Shown one piece after another: positions 8,122 to 17,193 of a stretch of DNA of 64,000 nt. Both the position numbers and the translations under genes were made by a program. Origin of the DNA: Minisyncoccia bacterium (GTDB lineage: Bacteria; Patescibacteriota; Minisyncoccia; SW-4-49-11); the NCBI GenBank assembly GCA_044341565.1, contig JBIIRM010000001.1, positions 74,527 through 138,526 of the forward strand. Reading direction: 5' to 3'. Within the stretch, counting starts at the first letter, position 1. Each line of letters begins with the position of its first letter. The notes under the pieces were generated by a model, which ran no database searches, was not told where the DNA came from, and saw nothing but the letters and a program-made list of their open reading frames with translations.

Positions 8122-11052
8122 ATGGCAGTTACACAAATCACCAAAAGAGATGGAGAAATTGTATCATTTAATCAAGCAAAAATCTGGAAGGCAATTAGTA
8201 AAGCATTTCTTGATGTTAAACAAAATTTCACCGCCGAGGAGGCAAAACAAGTTGATGGAGTTACTGAGTCTGTAGTAGCGGCTCTGGATGCTCAATTCGT
8301 AGATAATTATCCTACGGTTGAAATTGTACAGGATATTGTAGAGAAAAAATTAATGGAGAGAGGATTTTATGATGTTGCAAAGGGATATATTCTCTATCGA
8401 AAAGCTCATGATGATGCCCGGCAAGAGGAATTAGAAAAATTAGAAGGTGCTCATCCAAGTTTGAAAGTCCGTAAAGCTTCTGGTGAGGTGGTGTCTTTTA
8501 ATCGATATAATATTAATAAGACAATATCATATTCTCTTACAGGATTAGAAAATGATATTGATGTAAATTTAATTGTCTCTGGAATTGAGAATAGTATTTA
8601 TGATGGGATGACAACCAAAGAAATTGCACAAATTATTGTGATGACAGTACGTTCTTATATTGATCGCGATCCAGCCTATTCAGTATTAGCAGCACGATTA
8701 TTGTTAAATACTATTTATGAAGGAGTTATTGGAGAGGATTTAGATTATGCAAATTTAGATACTCTTTATCGGGAATCTTTTGTTAATAATATTCACGCAG
8801 CAGTAAATGCCGGTATTTTGAGTAAGGATATGCTTGACTATAATCTAGAGTGGTTGGCAACAAAAATCAAGCCAGAGCGAGATAATCTATTCAAATTCTT
8901 AGGTATTCAAACCCTATATGATAGATATTTTATCAAAGATCCCGTAAGTAAGAGAATGTTTGATACTCCTCAAGGATTTTGGATGCGTGTAGCCATGGGA
9001 CTTGCTTTAGTTGAAAAACCAGAAATTAGAGAGCAAAAAGTGGTTGATTTCTATGAAATTATGTCACAAATGTATTTTGTACCATCAACCCCAACTTTAT
9101 TCCATGCAGGGACAAATCATCCACAATTATCTTCTTGTTATCTTAATACTATAGAAGATGATTTGAGTCATATCTTTAAAGTAATTGGAGATAATGCTCA
9201 AATGTCAAAATGGTCTGGAGGAATTGGAACTGACTTTACTAATTTACGAGGAATTGGAGCTTTAATTAAAGGTACTGGAGTTGAAAGTCAGGGAATTGTG
9301 CCTTTTCTAAAAATTGCCAATGATACTACAGCCGCTATTAATCGTAGTGGAAAAAGACGAGGAGCTGCAGTTGTATATCTTGAGACTTGGCATGTGGATA
9401 TAGAAGATTTCTTGGAATTACGTAAAAATACAGGAGATGAGAGACGACGTACTCATGATATGAATACTGCTAATTGGATTCCTGATTTATTTATGGAGCG
9501 AGTTCGCCAAGATGGAGATTGGACATTATTTTCTCCTGATGAAACTCCAGATTTACATCATATTTATGGGACTGAATTTAATATTGCCTATAAGAAATAT
9601 GAGCAATTAGCTGATGAGGGGAAAATCAAATTATTTCGTAGACTGAAAGCCAAAGATTTATGGCGCAAAATGATCACAATGTTATATGAGACAGGGCATC
9701 CTTGGATTACTTTCAAAGACCCATCTAATATTCGATCTCCACAAGATCATGTAGGAGTTATTCATAATTCTAATCTTTGTACTGAGATTACTCTTAATAA
9801 TTCAGCTGAGGAAACTGCAGTATGTAATCTTGGGTCTCTCAACTTAAAATATTTTGTAAAAAATGGGGAATTTGATAAAGAATTAATAGCTAGAGTAGTA
9901 CCAATTGCAATTAGAATGCTTGATAATGTTGTTGATATTAATTTTTACCCAACTAAAGAGGGAGAAGTATCTAATAAAAGACATCGTCCTATTGGACTTG
10001 GTATTATGGGTTATCATGATGCTCTATATCAATTAGATATTAATTTTGATACTGAGGATGCAGTAGAATTTGCAGATTATTCTATGGAAGCAATTTCTTA
10101 TTATGCAGTTTTAGCTTCTAGCCAACTAGCTCAAGAAAAAGGTGCTTATGAGAGTTTCAAAGGATCAAAATGGGATAGAGGAATTCTTCCGGTTGACACT
10201 ATAAATCTCTTAGAGCAATCTCGTGAAATGCAAATCCCCGTAAATAGAATTGAGCGATTAGATTGGACTCCAGTTCGAGAATCTATCAAAAAATATGGAA
10301 TGCGTAATTCTAATACTATGGCTATTGCACCCACATCTAATTTAGCTAATATTACGGATGCGGTACCTGCTAATGAACCAATATATAAGAATTTGTATGT
10401 GAAATCAAATCAAGCAGGAGATTTTACTGTTATCAATTCCTATCTTATTGAGGATTTAAAGAAAATTGGATTATGGACACCAATTATTGCTGATAAAATT
10501 AAGTATTTTGATGGGTCTATTTCTCAGATTCCCGAAATCCCAGAACAGTTAAGAGCAAAATATAAGGAAGTATTTGAAATTGATCCAAAATGGTTGGTAA
10601 AAGCAGCAGCTTATCGTGGAAAATGGATGGATCAAAGTCAATCACTTAATATATTTTATCGAGGAGTTTCAGGAAAGGAAATTGCTGATGTATATATGTA
10701 TGCTTGGGAATTAGGGGTGAAGACTACCTATTATCTAAGAACCCTTGCTATATCACAGGTAGAAAAATCAACAGTAAGTATTAATGAATTTGGTACTACT
10801 CATCGCCGCGATTTTAGTCAATCAACGGTAAATACAAGTAAAGAACAACAGGTAATACCTGAGGCTCAATCAGTAGTAAATGCAATAGAATCAGGATTTA
10901 TTCAAGCTCCAACTCCTGATATTACTCCTATATCAAATGTGAATCTTACTCCTGCAACTTCATCAATATCTCTTGAGAATTTACCCCCTCAACCACCCAA
11001 ATCTAATATATTTGCGGTAATAGAAGGTCAAATTTGTGATTCCTGTCAATAA
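8122..11052 (+). CDS. nrdA: Class Ia ribonucleotide reductase alpha subunit with two ATP cones
   Basis: Two N-terminal ATP cones (ITKRDG.., VRKASG..), QLSSC, SNLCTEI, VCNLGS, TTYYLR and C-terminal CDSCQ. Confidence 0.96.
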   Translation: MAVTQITKRDGEIVSFNQAKIWKAISKAFLDVKQNFTAEEAKQVDGVTESVVAALDAQFVDNYPTVEIVQDIVEKKLMERGFYDVAKGYILYRKAHDDARQEELEKLEGAHPSLKVRKASGEVVSFNRYNINKTISYSLTGLENDIDVNLIVSGIENSIYDGMTTKEIAQIIVMTVRSYIDRDPAYSVLAARLLLNTIYEGVIGEDLDYANLDTLYRESFVNNIHAAVNAGILSKDMLDYNLEWLATKIKPERDNLFKFLGIQTLYDRYFIKDPVSKRMFDTPQGFWMRVAMGLALVEKPEIREQKVVDFYEIMSQMYFVPSTPTLFHAGTNHPQLSSCYLNTIEDDLSHIFKVIGDNAQMSKWSGGIGTDFTNLRGIGALIKGTGVESQGIVPFLKIANDTTAAINRSGKRRGAAVVYLETWHVDIEDFLELRKNTGDERRRTHDMNTANWIPDLFMERVRQDGDWTLFSPDETPDLHHIYGTEFNIAYKKYEQLADEGKIKLFRRLKAKDLWRKMITMLYETGHPWITFKDPSNIRSPQDHVGVIHNSNLCTEITLNNSAEETAVCNLGSLNLKYFVKNGEFDKELIARVVPIAIRMLDNVVDINFYPTKEGEVSNKRHRPIGLGIMGYHDALYQLDINFDTEDAVEFADYSMEAISYYAVLASSQLAQEKGAYESFKGSKWDRGILPVDTINLLEQSREMQIPVNRIERLDWTPVRESIKKYGMRNSNTMAIAPTSNLANITDAVPANEPIYKNLYVKSNQAGDFTVINSYLIEDLKKIGLWTPIIADKIKYFDGSISQIPEIPEQLRAKYKEVFEIDPKWLVKAAAYRGKWMDQSQSLNIFYRGVSGKEIADVYMYAWELGVKTTYYLRTLAISQVEKSTVSINEFGTTHRRDFSQSTVNTSKEQQVIPEAQSVVNAIESGFIQAPTPDITPISNVNLTPATSSISLENLPPQPPKSNIFAVIEGQICDSCQ

Positions 11053-11075
11053 TACATTTAATAAATACTATCAAT

Positions 11076-12110
11076 ATGTCTATTACCCAAACAAATCAAA
11101 GAATTAATATTAATGACAGACGAGTTATTAATGGAAAAGATGGGGATGTGGTGCAATTACATCCCATGAAACATATTTTTGCTTGGGATGCTTATCTTAC
11201 CGGGAATGCTAATCATTGGTTACCAACCGAAATTGGTATGCAAATTGATGTAGAGCAATGGAAATCAAATACTATTTTGACTGAAGATGAGAGACTTGCC
11301 TTCAAAACTGTATTAGGATTTTTTACCACAGCTGATTCACTTGCTGCGAACAATCTCGTACTTGCTACCTATAAGCATATTACATCTCCAGAAATTCGTA
11401 TGTATCTTTTACGTCAATCGTATGAAGAGGCTATACATACACATGCCTATCAATATATGGTGGAAAGTTTGGGTCTTGATGGAAGTGAAATATTCAATAT
11501 GTATCGTGAAGTTGAAAGCATTTATAATAAAGCTTCATTCTTCTTATCATTCAATGATGGAATTTTTGATCCTCATTTTAAAACTGGTACTTTTGAATCC
11601 GATCAGAAATTCTTAGAGAATCTTTGTGTATTTTCGCTTATTGTAGAAGGAATTTTCTTTTATAGCTCTTTTGCAGTAATATTTGGTTTTCAACGACAAA
11701 ATAAAATGCCAGGTAGTGCTGAGCAAATTCAATATATTATGAGAGATGAATCAAATCATCTCAATTTTGGAGCCGATATGATTAATACTATAAAGCAAGA
11801 ACAGCCCGAATTATGGACTCAAGAATTCCAAGCTCATATTACTGATTTGATTAAAGAAGCTGTGGGATTAGAATATGAATTTGCAACAACATGTTTCCCA
11901 AGAGGTATAATGGGAATTAGTGCCGATGGATTTAGACGCTATATTGAATATATTGCAGATAGAAGATTACAAAGAGTGGGTCTACCTATTGTATATGGAA
12001 CAGAAAATCCATTCCCATGGATGTCTGAGTCAGTAGATTTAGCTAAGGAGAAGAATTTCTTTGAAACTCGAGTTATTGAATATCAGACAGGAGGAACTCT
12101 AGATTGGTAA
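11076..12110 (+). CDS. nrdB: Class Ia ribonucleotide reductase beta subunit
   Basis: Diiron ligands AD, EEAIH, EGIFF and RDESNH; radical Tyr in HTHAY; NFFETRV.EY tail. Confidence 0.96.
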   Translation: MSITQTNQRININDRRVINGKDGDVVQLHPMKHIFAWDAYLTGNANHWLPTEIGMQIDVEQWKSNTILTEDERLAFKTVLGFFTTADSLAANNLVLATYKHITSPEIRMYLLRQSYEEAIHTHAYQYMVESLGLDGSEIFNMYREVESIYNKASFFLSFNDGIFDPHFKTGTFESDQKFLENLCVFSLIVEGIFFYSSFAVIFGFQRQNKMPGSAEQIQYIMRDESNHLNFGADMINTIKQEQPELWTQEFQAHITDLIKEAVGLEYEFATTCFPRGIMGISADGFRRYIEYIADRRLQRVGLPIVYGTENPFPWMSESVDLAKEKNFFETRVIEYQTGGTLDW

Positions 12111-12139
12111 AAAAAGAGAATCGTTATATATCTATAGTG

Positions 12140-12168
12140 TTGAATTAATATTTGGATTATAGTATACT
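12140..12168 (+). promoter_or_regulatory. Promoter of the orphan 152-aa gene
   Basis: TTGAAT-17-TATACT, embedded in a long imperfect inverted repeat (about 12112-12184). Confidence 0.55.
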
Positions 12169-12186
12169 ATAGCGGTTCTTTTTGTT

Positions 12187-12263
12187 TAATATGCTTGGCA
12201 CAATGCTTCTTACTTTATTGGAGTAGGGGTTATTCTGCCAGGCATATTGTCTACACCTGGCAG
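12187..12263 (+). promoter_or_regulatory. Structured 5' leader with alternative hairpins and a short uORF
   Basis: TAATATGCTTGGCA (12187-12200) pairs with TGCCAGGCATATTG (12236-12249). CTGCCAGG (12235-12242) can instead pair with CCTGGCAG (12256-12263). Confidence 0.5.
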
Positions 12264-12265
12264 TA

Positions 12266-12724
12266 ATGATCATGATCGATGTTCCAACTCAAGTGATGGA
12301 GCAAATTACTGAGGAGTTCCCTTCTCATGCAGATAAACTTACTCAAGATAACCCCAGACCCATTCACCATTCGGATAATTGGATTGGAAATGTATGGTTT
12401 GACAAGCTTCAGGCGGCAGCAAATGCTAATACAGTTTTGAAACAATTATCTAATGGGCAAGAAAGCTTTAGCAATATTGGACCTATTGAAGTAGAGAAAA
12501 TTCATATTGCTTACTCTGATCAAGGATCAATTCGAGTTCGAGTCAGGAAAGGACATCAAAGTGATGAAATTCTCTTGATTCATATCAATACATACAATAT
12601 CACTATTAATGCATCACGTTTGTGGAAGCAAGATACGGATATAATTCCGTTTAGCAGAAATAATGCTAATACGATAATTCAAGTTTTGGAAAGGCAATTA
12701 CAGCAATATCGACATCTTATCTGA
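12266..12724 (+). CDS. Hypothetical protein (152 aa, orphan)
   Basis: ORF with its own promoter and terminator; no recognisable motif. Confidence 0.65.
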   Translation: MIMIDVPTQVMEQITEEFPSHADKLTQDNPRPIHHSDNWIGNVWFDKLQAAANANTVLKQLSNGQESFSNIGPIEVEKIHIAYSDQGSIRVRVRKGHQSDEILLIHINTYNITINASRLWKQDTDIIPFSRNNANTIIQVLERQLQQYRHLI

Positions 12725-12745
12725 GATCTATTACTTTTTTACTTC

Positions 12746-12772
12746 ACCCCTGCATAGCGATGTGGGGGTTTT
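12746..12772 (+). terminator. Intrinsic terminator
   Basis: ACCCCTGCAT-AGCG-ATGTGGGGGT stem followed by T residues. Confidence 0.7.
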
Positions 12773-12808
12773 CATTTAACTATACACTTTTATGATATAA
12801 TAAAATAT

Positions 12809-15800
12809 ATGTCAATATATGAAGAAGCATTACAACAATTAAATTCAGAGCAAAGAGAGGCAGTAAATAGTTTGTTTGGGCCTATTATGGTAGTTGCTGG
12901 TCCCGGTTCAGGGAAAACTCAATTATTATCTTTACGTGTAGCTCATATTTTACAATCACAGGATATAGATGTTGAAAATATTCTTTGTCTTACTTTTACT
13001 GATGCAGCTGCTCATAATATGCGACAAAGATTAGCCTCCTTTATTGGGAATAAAGCTTATAATATTCCTATTCATACTTTTCATAGTTTTGGACAATCAT
13101 TACTCAAAGATTATCCAGAATATACTGCTGGTATTGAAAAAACAGCAATAGAATCAGTATATCAATCAGAAATTATCAATTCTATTATACAAGTATTACC
13201 CTATAATCATATTCTTATTCCTCGTGGGGAAGATAGAAGTAAAGTGATTAATAACATTGCAACAGCTATTAAACATATTAAAGAGGCGGGACTTACTCCA
13301 TCAGAATATCAGGCCATATTACAGGAAAATAAAGCTCAATATGAAGTATTAATACCAATTATACAGGAAATTGATGCTATTTCCCTGGGTGGAAAAAAAG
13401 ATAGACAAGATAAATTGCAAAAATTTAGAATATTGGCCCAGTCTATGCCTGAAATTACGAGTAATAGATATTTTGAATCATATGTACAAAGTGTAAAAAA
13501 ATCATTTTTCTTGGCCCTAGAAGAGACTGAAGCTTTAGAAAAGGAAGTTTTCACCCCTATAGCAAAATGGAAATCTAAGAATCTTATTAAGGGAAAAGAT
13601 GGTAAAAAAACTCTTATAGATTATGAGAGATATGAAAAACAATTAGCTCTTGGAGATATATATCGACAATATCAAGAATATTTACATCAAAATCAATTAA
13701 TAGATTTTGCAGATATGCTCTTGAATGCATTAACTTTACTCAAAGAAAATGAGGCATTAAGATCAAAATTACAAGAACAATATCAATTTATATTAGTGGA
13801 TGAATTTCAAGATACTAATGAGGTACAAATGCAATTAATTTTAGCTTTGATAGGGGATAATCCTGAACCTAATATATTAGTAGTGGGGGATGATGATCAG
13901 GGTATTTATGGATTTCAGGGAGCGGATATATCTCATATGTTATCGTTTCAAAGTAGATTCCCAACTACTCAATTAATTGTCCTTACACAAAATTATCGAT
14001 CCCGAAAAGAAATTTTGGATATTGCAAGACAAGTTATTATTCAAGGTGAGGATAGATTAGAAAATCGTATAGAAGTATTAGAGAAAAGATTAGAATCAGC
14101 TAAATTAAGACAAGATGGAGATTTAGCCTATTATGAATTTGATTCACAGGCCGAGGAATATACCTATATAGCAAATAGTATAGAGGAATTGCGTCGATCT
14201 CAAACAGATTTATCAGAAATTGCTATTATTTCGCGTAAGCATGAATATTTAGAGGCGACAGTACCTTTTTTAGCTGAGTTAGATATTCCTCTTGAATATG
14301 CAAAGCAATATAATCTTTTGAATGAGACAATTATTCATCAACTAATTATATTATTACGTTTTATCTATTCTCTTACTCCAAGTCAATCCCCCCGCAATGA
14401 TTTATTACCAGAAATTTTAGCCTATTCATTTTGGGGAATGGATACTTTAACAGTATGGAAATTTTTTCAAGAAAGAGATTATACGAAGTCTCATATAGAA
14501 AGATTATATGCTTCTTCCAGTAAAGATTTACAGGCAATAGGGGAATTATGCTTGCATTTAGCAGTAATATCAGAATATGAAACCATAGAATATATTATTT
14601 TATATTTGATTGGCTCAATTGAGGATACAAGTCATGATAATTCCAAATTTTATCAATATTATTTGGGTAAAGCAGTATTCGAGACAAAAGAAAATGAATA
14701 TATTGAAAATCTAGCTAAAATTAAATCATTTATTGAACATATAAAAAAATATAAACAAGGGCAGAGATTAACGCTAAAAGATGGACTTGAGACAATTCAA
14801 GCCTATCAAAATCAAGGGGGAATGAAGGCGAAAAACACTATTAATACGGGGAAACAATCTGTTAAATTAATGACAGTACATCAGGTTAAAGGATTAGAAT
14901 TCGAGACAGTCTTTGTAATTAATACTCATAATAAAGGATGGGCATCCAAGGGAAAGTCCTCACCTTATCCTTTCCCACTCAATTTACCTATTATCCCAAA
15001 ACAAGATTCAGAAGATGATTTCCTAAGAATTTTATTTGTTGCTTTAACTCGATCAAAGAATAATTTATTTATTACTAGCCATCGATATAATGATGAGGGA
15101 AAAGAGCATATATCTCTTCCTTATTTATCATTTTTAGAAAAAGGAATTACCCCGCAAGTACAAGCTCTTGATATTGCAAATTCGACGTGGAGAGCTATAC
15201 AGCCCAATATATTCCATTCTCAAGAAGTATCTTTCTTGGAGGGTATTATACAGCAATATCGTTTTAGTGCTTCACATTTGAATAATTTTGTAGATACGGT
15301 ATATAAAGGCCCCTTAGCAGTATTAGAATCAGCTCTATTGCATTTTCCATCAATAGGAACTATATCAACAGCATATGGTAATATTCTTCATCGTATTTTT
15401 CATTATATTTCTCTACAAATTCAATCACATAAAGATTTTCCTGATATCACCGAATTAACTCAAATTGCCAATAACTATTTATCTCAGGAAAGATTAAGTA
15501 TAGATAATACAGCAAAAGTATCACAAAAAATACAAGATCAATTACCAGTATTAATACAGGCTAAAAAAGAAAGCTTTTTTATACCTCATGAATCAGAATA
15601 TAATGTAAGAGAATTATATTTAGAGTGGGAAGGAATCCCTTTAACCGGTTCAATAGATAGAATTGAAGAATATGAAGATTTTTATGTGATTGTTGATTTT
15701 AAAACAGGAACTCCCATATTGTCTTGGGATAATAAGGTTAAAAAAGATATATTAGATAAATATAAAAGGCAATTATGGTTTTATGCTTTTCTTTTGAAAG

Positions 15801-16039
15801 TTGCAGGTAAATATCAAGATAAGCCTTTGCAAGGACGAATTGATTTTCTAGAGCCAAGTATAGAAGGGGAATATATATCATTATCTATCACAATTGAAGA
15901 ATCTGATATAAACTATATAAGTAAACTTACACAAATTATTTATCATAAAATAATAAGTTTAGATTTCCCAGATATTAAGGTGTATAAACAAGGGGGAACA
16001 GATAAATTTATTCAAGATTTAATGGATAATAATATATAA
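12809..16039 (+). CDS. UvrD/REP-family helicase with C-terminal PD-(D/E)xK nuclease
   Basis: AGPGSGKT, VDEFQD, VGDDDQ, NYRS and TVHQVKGLEF; nuclease motifs FSASHL, YGNILH, GSIDRI, VDFKTG and QLWFY. Confidence 0.92.
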   Translation: MSIYEEALQQLNSEQREAVNSLFGPIMVVAGPGSGKTQLLSLRVAHILQSQDIDVENILCLTFTDAAAHNMRQRLASFIGNKAYNIPIHTFHSFGQSLLKDYPEYTAGIEKTAIESVYQSEIINSIIQVLPYNHILIPRGEDRSKVINNIATAIKHIKEAGLTPSEYQAILQENKAQYEVLIPIIQEIDAISLGGKKDRQDKLQKFRILAQSMPEITSNRYFESYVQSVKKSFFLALEETEALEKEVFTPIAKWKSKNLIKGKDGKKTLIDYERYEKQLALGDIYRQYQEYLHQNQLIDFADMLLNALTLLKENEALRSKLQEQYQFILVDEFQDTNEVQMQLILALIGDNPEPNILVVGDDDQGIYGFQGADISHMLSFQSRFPTTQLIVLTQNYRSRKEILDIARQVIIQGEDRLENRIEVLEKRLESAKLRQDGDLAYYEFDSQAEEYTYIANSIEELRRSQTDLSEIAIISRKHEYLEATVPFLAELDIPLEYAKQYNLLNETIIHQLIILLRFIYSLTPSQSPRNDLLPEILAYSFWGMDTLTVWKFFQERDYTKSHIERLYASSSKDLQAIGELCLHLAVISEYETIEYIILYLIGSIEDTSHDNSKFYQYYLGKAVFETKENEYIENLAKIKSFIEHIKKYKQGQRLTLKDGLETIQAYQNQGGMKAKNTINTGKQSVKLMTVHQVKGLEFETVFVINTHNKGWASKGKSSPYPFPLNLPIIPKQDSEDDFLRILFVALTRSKNNLFITSHRYNDEGKEHISLPYLSFLEKGITPQVQALDIANSTWRAIQPNIFHSQEVSFLEGIIQQYRFSASHLNNFVDTVYKGPLAVLESALLHFPSIGTISTAYGNILHRIFHYISLQIQSHKDFPDITELTQIANNYLSQERLSIDNTAKVSQKIQDQLPVLIQAKKESFFIPHESEYNVRELYLEWEGIPLTGSIDRIEEYEDFYVIVDFKTGTPILSWDNKVKKDILDKYKRQLWFYAFLLKVAGKYQDKPLQGRIDFLEPSIEGEYISLSITIEESDINYISKLTQIIYHKIISLDFPDIKVYKQGGTDKFIQDLMDNNI

Positions 16040-16043
16040 TGAG

Positions 16044-17183
16044 ATGAAAATAGGGATAGATGCACGATTTTTTGGGAATAGTGGTAAGGGTTTGGGTCGA
16101 TATACTCAAAAATTAATTGAGGAATTAGAAAAAATTGATCATCATAATCAATATTATATTTTTTTAGGTTCTCATAATATTGAAGAATATCAACCTCAAA
16201 ACCCTAATTTTCATAAAGTATTGGCTGATATACCATGGTATTCTTGGCAAGAACAAGTATTATTTCCCCAATTATTACGCAAATATCAATTAGATTTAAT
16301 GCATTTCTTGCATTTTAATATACCAGTTTTTTATAGACGACCTTATATGGTTACTATACATGATTTAATTTTATTAGAATATCCCACTCGTAAGGCCTCA
16401 AGATTAAATGGAATTATGTATACGATTAAAAATCTAGCATATAGATTGGTTATTATGAATGCAATATATACTGCCAAAAAAGTTATTACTATTTCAGAAT
16501 ATACCAGGCAATCTATTGTGAAGCATTTTCATATTCCATCTAATGAAATGGCAATGATATATGAAGGTGTAGATTTAGAGCGTTTTAATCCTCTCAATGC
16601 ACAGCCATTCGCATTTAATAGTAATGGAATTATTGAAGGCAATTATATATTATATGTGGGTAATGTATATCCTCATAAAAATATTGAACGCTTAATAGAT
16701 GTGTTTTATAGTCTCAAGCAAAAATTAGATATAGATTCTCAATTACAATTGGTATTAGTAGGTAAAAAGGATCATTTTTTTGAGCAAATTATTGTAAAAG
16801 TTAATTCATTGGGACTCACTAATTCAATTATATTCCCAGGATATGTAGTGGATGAGCAATTGATTTCATTATATGAGAAATGTCTATTCTATGTATTTCC
16901 GTCTCTATATGAAGGGTTTGGACTCCCTCCTCTTGAAGCTATTGCTCTTAGGGCTCCTATTGTAATCTCAAATGCTACCTGCTTACCGGAAATTTTTGGT
17001 AAGCATATAGAATATTTTGACCCTAAATCTCAGGAGAATATGGAACAAGTTTTATATAATTTTATTATGAATCCAGACAAAAGAGAAGAACAAAAACAAT
17101 ATCATCAAGAAATTTTAGCTCAATATTCCTGGGCTGATATGGCAGAAAGTACAAAAAACCTGTATAATACAATTAAGATATAA
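16044..17183 (+). CDS. GT4 family glycosyltransferase
   Basis: MKIGIDAR, TIHDL, PHKN, FPSLYEGFGLPPLEA. Confidence 0.93.
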   Translation: MKIGIDARFFGNSGKGLGRYTQKLIEELEKIDHHNQYYIFLGSHNIEEYQPQNPNFHKVLADIPWYSWQEQVLFPQLLRKYQLDLMHFLHFNIPVFYRRPYMVTIHDLILLEYPTRKASRLNGIMYTIKNLAYRLVIMNAIYTAKKVITISEYTRQSIVKHFHIPSNEMAMIYEGVDLERFNPLNAQPFAFNSNGIIEGNYILYVGNVYPHKNIERLIDVFYSLKQKLDIDSQLQLVLVGKKDHFFEQIIVKVNSLGLTNSIIFPGYVVDEQLISLYEKCLFYVFPSLYEGFGLPPLEAIALRAPIVISNATCLPEIFGKHIEYFDPKSQENMEQVLYNFIMNPDKREEQKQYHQEILAQYSWADMAESTKNLYNTIKI

Positions 17184-17193
17184 ATACAGAATT

